From Macrostomum lignano (taxonomy: Eukaryota), in the NCBI GenBank assembly GCA_002269645.1, contig NIVC01000023.1, positions 1,116,001 to 1,180,000 on the forward strand: 64,000 bases of DNA. Reading direction: 5' to 3'. Each line of letters begins with the position of its first letter. The stretch's first letter is position 1. The notes under the pieces were generated by a model. It was given only the letters and a program-made list of their open reading frames with translations. It ran no database searches and had not been told where the DNA came from. The translations under genes were made by a program, and so were the position numbers. Below, in pieces: positions 57,077-64,000 of this stretch.

Positions 57077-60000
57077 ATGGACTCCTATTTTAAATCGCTA
57101 GACCTGCTAACTAGGGAAGAGCACGTGGACAATAAGATAATGGACGAACTCAAAACGAGATTTCCTTCGGAGTCGGTGTCGCAGTACGATGTCAAGAATC
57201 TTCTACTGGCAATGACAGAACGATTCTCCAGTCAAGACAAGTCGCCTCCAGATCGGCATTCTCCTGGTCACTACGTAGTGACCCGTTTTGTTGTCCACAT
57301 TCGCGACGTTATGTAAGCTACCGGTCAGACCGGGTATGAGGGTTTAAAGCGTACCACACCCCCATTTCTTTTCTCTGCCCTGTGTCTTTCTTTTGGGCAG
57401 CGGCTCGTGATTGGCTGGCCAGTGGGGTGGGGTTTCGTGGCTGCCTGTCCGTCCCCCTGTCCTTCCCCTCTTTCTCTATCGCTGTTTATATCGCTTCCTT
57501 CCCCCAACATTTCTTTCAGTGGACTTGCGGGGACGGGGAACAGCTTGAACGCTATATTAATGTATAATTGATATATATAAACTTGAACGCTCTGTAAATA
57601 GCTCGTGTAATAATAATAATAAGAGTTGCTTGTGCAGCTGCCTTGGGGATGCAACCACATGCTGCATATACTTGGCTTTAACTTCTTTACCTACAGCTAC
57701 AGGAACAAAAGCTGGCAGAAGCAGCTGCGCGGCGTCATCTGGGACACGTTTTGCACTTTAATGGTCGGGCCGCGGCTAAGCGGGTTCTTAGTCGACTTAA
57801 TGAGCGAGCTGACTGTGCTGAGCAAACACGATGAGGACAAGTTTGAGGTGGGTGAAACTTCTCATGCTGCTGGAATGAAATCGGGAGCCTACATGCATCA
57901 TGTTCCCTCCCCCCAATCACATCCGAATTAAACATCGTCAAGTAAGCATCGGTAAAAGAAGTAAATCGTTTATTCGAAACTTGAAAGCTAATTAGTTAAT
58001 AATAAAGCTACGAATAGGAAGGTTGTTTCTGTAGCATTAGCAGGCGCAGCAGAAAGTTACGAAAGATTAGGAAGGAAGTTTAGTGAATCGAAGCGATCGA
58101 TGCTCACGCGCAAGCAATAAAGTTCACAATTTTAATTCATTATTAATGTTCATTAGTAAGAAGTTGCTACATTTGCATGATCATCGTTATACATGTAAAC
58201 AAAGAGATTAATTAGGCATTTAGGTAAATTCGAATACATTCGCAATGTTGTAACTTCTCGTCAGACTTATATTTTTGTTCTTTCTTTGCGTCTTTGGTCA
58301 TTGACATTGTCATTAACGTTAACGATGAATTTGTCGTTAACTCACAAAATTATTAACGCAAATTTGTTAATCCGTTAGTGCAAAAAATCTTAACGGCAGT
58401 CCGTTAACGTTAATAAAAAATCTTAACACCTATTAACGCTTATTAACTGATTAACGCTTATTAACGGACTGGTGCCCAACACTGATAATAGTAATTGATT
58501 ACACCTGCCCTAATGGCCAGACGTGCAACCGACAGCTCAGCCGCAGCTATTGCGCGGCGCATCTGAAGGCTGCGTACGGCTGTTCAGTCCAAGGACTGGG
58601 GGGTCGCCACACACACCCTCAATTACCCCAGCTAATGCTGGTACTAAATTTTACAGCTGGGTGAACTGAAGCAATGCAGAGTTATAAGTGTCATGATCAA
58701 GGACACGAATTGTTCCAGTTGGATCAGGAATCGAACCCCCGACCTTCAAGTCACGAGTCCGACGCTCTGACCACAAGGCTACAACCCCTGCTAAATTAGC
58801 AGAAGTTGATGTTAACATTGACACTATAGAAACGTGTCTTTTATTTCACGTGTGATAAAACCTGTAAGAATTGATCTTTTTACTGACATTGCGAGGGTAA
58901 AATTCAGTGCGTACTACTCCTCAAGCTGAAGCTGATTTCTAACTCACCCGACAGGACCCAGACTGCGCCCGTAAGCTGCTGCTGGCCATTAAAGACGTTA
59001 GAATCGAAGAGCCGAATACAGCTGAGGCAGAAGACGAGAAGGACAGAGCTTACGCGGTGTCCCGACTGCGCGACCTGACCGTCACATTTCTGCTGTCTAA
59101 GTTCAGGTAGCTAATCGAACTGATTAGGATTGATTCTTTATCTCAATGCTTAACCACTGATAAGAAAAAGGGTGCGTCACTTTCAAATTGTGGAAATTTA
59201 TTTCTTTTTGAGCTGCTATGTGTGCTAGATATGCCTATTGTCAGTATATCTACTTTGGCTGTGGAAAAACCTTATTGGAGACTTGCGGAGTTCTTCCCGT
59301 TGCTCTAACATTTTCTTTACCGATTTCATGCAATGGATTCTACGGTATATAAGCAGATTAAATACGTTTTCGAGTGCTGCACGGTTTTCGGGCGTTGCCG
59401 ACCGTTCCTTTAACCCCTAACGACCACGGTCAGCTAGTGCTGCGGTGCCGCGCCCGGAGATCTGGTAGTGCCGGTGTCCGCAGCGGTACCTTAGGTACCG
59501 GACGAGCTGGTAAATTCTCGGGACTAAAAAAGTCAGAGAAAGATCCGGGTTCGGACCGAGGCAGAGTGAGAGGCATAATGGGCATTCCTCACTGCGGGTT
59601 TCATCCTTGGAGGTAGCGATGCTTAGCGAAGCAGCCATGACGTCGTGCGCGGGCGACGACTTCGACTGGCTGGCCATGTCATTCGGTCAGAGGCCCGCTG
59701 CCCTGAGCCGCTACACGAAGTGCTGCTGCAGGGACCGCGCAGGCGATGCCAAGGGCGAACGGCGAGATATCCTGACCAGCTTTTGACTGATGCTGGCGCC
59801 CCGGACTAAGCTGGGGGGGGGGTTGGGGGTGACTTTTTAAGGGCTATGGCCCAAAGACTTTTCCCCCTTTCTGGCCACTGAGTGGTCGGCGGGTGAAATT
59901 TTGTTATTGTTGTTGTTGTTGAAAACCCGAAGTGACCACATTGCAATAGTAATTTTATGATTTCCTGGTGACTATAAAACGCCTCGCTTACAAATATGCA

Positions 60001-63000
60001 TTTTTTGCAGTGAAAAAATCTATTTCGAAAAACTGGTCGATACAGTGAAGAGCTTCTATCTGAATCTATTGGAGACATGCGACTCATCTACTGCCAAAAC
60101 TGAGCAGTACAGAGAAAGCGTTCTGGCAGCGTTGCATCGAAAATTGAGTCAAGCTGCTCACAGGCCTCTTTGTAACTCTATAGTTCACGTGAGTGAATGA
60201 AGTTGTTGCTCTTGCTAAGCTACTTGCTAAGTAAGTTGCTTTGTTATAATCTGCCTCATATGGTATCACATTCTGCGGGTTTAATGAGACTTTTTAACGA
60301 ACGAAAATCACAATGAAAATATTTCCTCATCTTCTTCTCGTCTCTCCTGTGTGCCTCATTGTAACGGCCTTTGTCTGCAGCCATTTTAAGAAGTGTTTCC
60401 ATTCCCATTTCGCTTCACTGGTTGCCTTGTCAAAAGTCAAAATTTAACTCTTAAACAATGACCGGTTATATAGCCTAAAACAAGGTCACTGCCGTGATCT
60501 TCCCGAATTACTTTGCACATATACGTATTCCAGATGTACGCCAATGACCAAGCATTCATGCGATCGTTGTTAGGCGTCCTTGACAATCTGGCGAACCGTT
60601 ACAGAGGTCGCGCCTTGTCAAAGCAGACAGCAGGCACTGTGGGCATGGCTATGCTCAAGCTGGGCTCATCAGTTCAGTAAGAAAGGGTTTGGACTTCAAT
60701 TCAACTCTGCTTTACTGCGGCTAAATGTGACGGCTTCAAGAAGAAAACATTAATCCTCATTGAACTGTTGCAGAGAGGTGACAAATGTAGACTTTACCTA
60801 TCTAATTGACGATGCACATCGCATTTGCCTGTGCATTTTGGCAAGCAATACAGACAATGAGAAGCTGATTGATCGAGGAAAATATCTACTGGTTCGATTG
60901 TACGATTTTGCTGTCAGAGCTAAACTGAGCTTGAAGGTGAGAGTGAAGATTTTTTATTGATTGCGTTAGTTCCTTAAAGGGTGTCAGTAAAAAGTACTTA
61001 ACAATCATAGTAGCTTAATACGTTACCTCTGAGTTTCTCTGATCTTTGGAAGTAGCATGTGTGGTTATTTTTATTCGTAAATATCATCTTTATGACTGAC
61101 ACACACATTCATAGCTAATTTTGATGTTGGAATTTATTCTTCTGTTATTTACTGCCAAAGCCCCCCCCCCAACCTGACTCTGCTTTGGCCTTTCAGAGCA
61201 TTCCAACCATATACGAGACTTTAGCTGATCAAAGCAGCATCGGATTCTTGCTCGTCAGGCCACCTCCACCGGATGAGAGCGGCAAGCCGGCTGCAGTTCC
61301 GCAGCTACTGAAGGACATTCGCAGCCAGTTGTACAGCAACCTGATGCCCGAGCTTGTGACCAGCGTTGAAGAGCTGAGCGAATGCATGCCCGCCTACCTG
61401 AACCTAATGCGCATTTCTAGCACGGAGTTCGACTTGTACTTTAGGAAAATGTACATCGACAGCGACAGGATGAAACTAATTCAGCGAAATGCTGAGGTGC
61501 TGGATAAGTTTTTTTGTATTAAAGATCTCTTGATAAGACTAGCGCTCCGTTGTAGTCTGTAGCTAAGACTGAAGTGTAATGTACTGTACTGTACTGACAC
61601 GACTTGTCAAAAATAGAAATCACCTGATTGTCACGGACTGTTTCCACACCAGACTTCAATGTTTTAGCTGACTAAGACTTACAGAATTCATGGCTGGGTT
61701 TTGATATACATTTGGTATTACATCGGTTCTCATAGCCTATTAATAAGCTTGCAACACTCGTGTGATGGAGAGAATCATGCAGCGGACGAACGTTTATCCA
61801 AAGATCAATTTTCAAGGTTAAGCAAAAAGGGGTCTATATAGTACAGTGTAAAGGCTCTTTTATAAAAGTCTGTAATCGCCCGAAGTCTTTTAGTTTGATG
61901 ACCGTGTCAATGAGGTTAATAGCTAAAACTAGTGGTAGCACAAACCACAGAAAATTCAGTGCAAAGCATCTCAAAGCGCCATGACGCTTAATATATAGAG
62001 CCCTATTAAGTAATACTATTGCTTTTAATTCTCATAGATTCGTTCATCAGCAAGAGGAGTCTGCAAGTCTGCAAACCGGTAAACGCAGACCTTTGTCAGA
62101 ATTTTTCATAGCTAGATTGAGTGTGTGTAAAGATTTTCCTTTTAAACTTTTCAAGCGACTAGCCGGTAGCGCGCCCCGGTTTTACTTTTGCTTTATACTT
62201 GCATTGAAATTTTCAGTTACTTTGATTTCAACTTCGTTGCACTGTTGATCCATGTAGTATTATCGCGCATGCATTTCTAAATAAATATTAACGTAATGGA
62301 CTCAAGGTAAGCCAAACCCAACCATTTCAGACATTCCGACCGGCGTTATTGCTTTTCATCGACGCGTTCGTGGCCGAAGTGTTGTCAGTCGAAGAGGCGA
62401 AACGAGCCACATCCGGTCAGGCCTTCGATCCCAGAGCGGGCGATCTTTTCAACAAGCTGATCATGAACATCTTGTGAGTGACCTTCACTCTCTTCTTTGC
62501 TCATGAGATGTTTTTGGCGCCGTCTACCTGTGCTTTGTAGCTTGAAGTTGAGGGTTCGAAACCTTAATTTTACGTTGCATCAAAAGCGGTCAACATCAAT
62601 TCAGCGATCAAATCGCACGACTGCTGTACGAAAGGAAGCCGATATACTCAAACAGACCGTGTCCTTTCAAAAATTGGTCTCTACTTGATGGCTGTGTAAC
62701 GACGCTTATTGAGCACACTAAGCCTTTATATTCAGGAAGCCAATATATCCACTAGATTCATAATTTGTAGGTAGTTATAGGTAATTGAAATCTGTTAACT
62801 CGATCGGTAGCTAAGATAATCGTAATAAAATCCTCCATATTGATTCGCGTTTTTTCTAGCCAATCGCCCGGAAAGGCGATGCTCCGGCAGATACCAATGC
62901 AGCTCAAGCTGCTCGAAATTCTGCTTCTAGCCGTTCGCAGCCTAAGCTTAACTATTCTCGTGAGCGGCTGGCGGTGCGACATGTTTAACTGGCCGGACCT

Positions 63001-64000
63001 GACTGACCAGCTACCTGCTGTCCTTGACGCAATGGTTCAGTGTGTGCGACAGCCAGTTATTACACTCGACACTTTGAACTATGGAAGCATGTTTCTTAGA
63101 ATACCGCTAGATTTCATCGACAATGTGGTGTAAGATTGGCGCATTCATGTTTTAAATTTTATTTCAGCCTAGTTGGCAAAAATTGGCATCTCTGGAAGTA
63201 GAAAACAGATTTACCGTATGGTCTGACCGCAAGTCACATAGAAAGGAAGTATGCACGACCTATGCTCTGCTGTAGTGCTGGACTTAGGCCTAACAAAGAA
63301 TTACTTGGAAGCTTCCAAGAGGTAATTTGATCAAGACGCTAATTTTCATTGACAGGAGGACCTCGCCAGAAACCATTTGCAATCTGCTTGAGAAATTTCG
63401 TCCACTTCTGGAAACCTGCCTTGAAAATGAATTGGCTACAGTCGACGTAACTGGCAGTGACACCTTGACTCTGGAAGGCCAAATACTGCACTCTGTTGTT
63501 GTTAGTCTAACCGCTGGATTCCAACAAGCTGCGAAGGTAAAAATAACTTCATTCAGCCCATGCTACGAAGCATTTTACTACAAAAGTTACGTTCGTAAAG
63601 CTAAAAAATTAGATTGAAAATTCGCACCTGCAGCTAGTGACAATCAACAAGGACCTATTTCCTCTGTACACCAAAGCCGTGGACAGGTTCTTCAGCAGCT
63701 CACGGGGCGACATGGCTACCGGAGTTTTGCTGGGGCTTAACAATTGCCTTGGCAACAGCTCAGATACCGTGTTTGCTTTTCTGCTGCATCTACCTCTTCT
63801 AGTGGATACGTATAAAAGAACGAAGAGAGAGCAACCGGAAATTTACACCGGCTTGGCACCTGGATTGATATGTAAAATTGAAATAGCATCTCTTTACAGA
63901 CACTGTGTAAAATATGAGTATTTCAGAGCATCTCTCCGTACATTCCAGACACTCTGCAAAGCAGTTCACGCAACGAGGTGCCAGACACATTGGCGCAACA
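57077..64000 (+). CDS. Tandem paralog of the 45782-55437 gene (N-terminal solenoid part; continues past the window end)
   Basis: Exons 57077-57312, 57697-57847, 58955-59106, 60011-60188, 60534-60676, 60774-60936, 61197-61496, 62331-62473, 62860-63129, 63356-63536, 63634-63871 and 63949-end. Same intron phases as the upstream gene, with matching motifs (MDSYFKSLDL/MDAHFASLDL, RHSPG.Y, SIVH, VDF.YL..DA, KMY.D....KLIQ.NA, FNWP.L.D, INK.L.PLY). Confidence 0.85.
58501..58788 (-). mobile_element. SINE family B, longer copy
   Basis: Reverse complement: GGGGTTGTAGCCTTGTGGTCAGAGCG...GGTTCGATTCC...GTGTCCTTGATCATGACACTT...CACCCAGCTGTAAAAT; tail shared with 40965-41203; in paralog intron 2. Confidence 0.85.
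59428..59785 (+). ncRNA. Putative structured ncRNA, copy B (~360 nt, GC-rich, terminal stem GGTCAG/CTGACC, T5 end)
   Basis: GC-rich island in the AT-rich intron 3, with many hairpins, the core shared with 51518-51576 and a B-box-like GGTTCGGACC. Confidence 0.55.

Noticed and set aside
59410-59785. Assignment of element B to RNase P/MRP, 7SK, U3, SRP, telomerase RNA or an HDV-like ribozyme
   Set aside because: Only short resemblances (GAGAAAGATCCGGG, GATCTGG, GAGGTAGCG, GAAGCAGCCA, TAACCCCTAAC, TTCCTCAC). The required partners (P4 pairing, C/D boxes, GNRA helix 8, exact CTAACCCTAA template, P1/P1.1) could not be built.

Overview
Animal (metazoan) genomic DNA, not prokaryotic. It has GC-rich exons, GT-AG introns and a very high density of 13-82 bp minisatellites; that style resembles the flatworm Macrostomum, but this is inference only. 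By splicing ORF fragments by hand I reconstructed these genes: a 3-exon ankyrin-like/SOCS-box gene (1759-4057 +); PFAS/FGAM synthase (8 visible exons, ~7386-17031 +, start exon not found); two intronless secreted C-type lectin genes (20846-21571, 28484-29302); an intronless truncated Vav-like gene (CH-DH-PH-C1-SH2, 24374-26278); a 3-exon TMEM26-like gene (42243-31574 -); a 15-exon ~1579 aa gene with the layout helical solenoid/coiled coil/Death/TIR/TIR/CaaX (45782-55437 +); and its diverged tandem paralog (57077 to the window end). There are two tRNA-headed SINE families and about 30 tandem arrays. The most interesting items are the Death-TIR-TIR-CaaX gene pair and a structured ncRNA-like element of unknown family, ending in T5, that occurs in non-homologous introns of both paralogs. 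No CRISPR array, rRNA or intact tRNA was seen. Most short ORFs in the track are artefacts of repeats or antisense frames.
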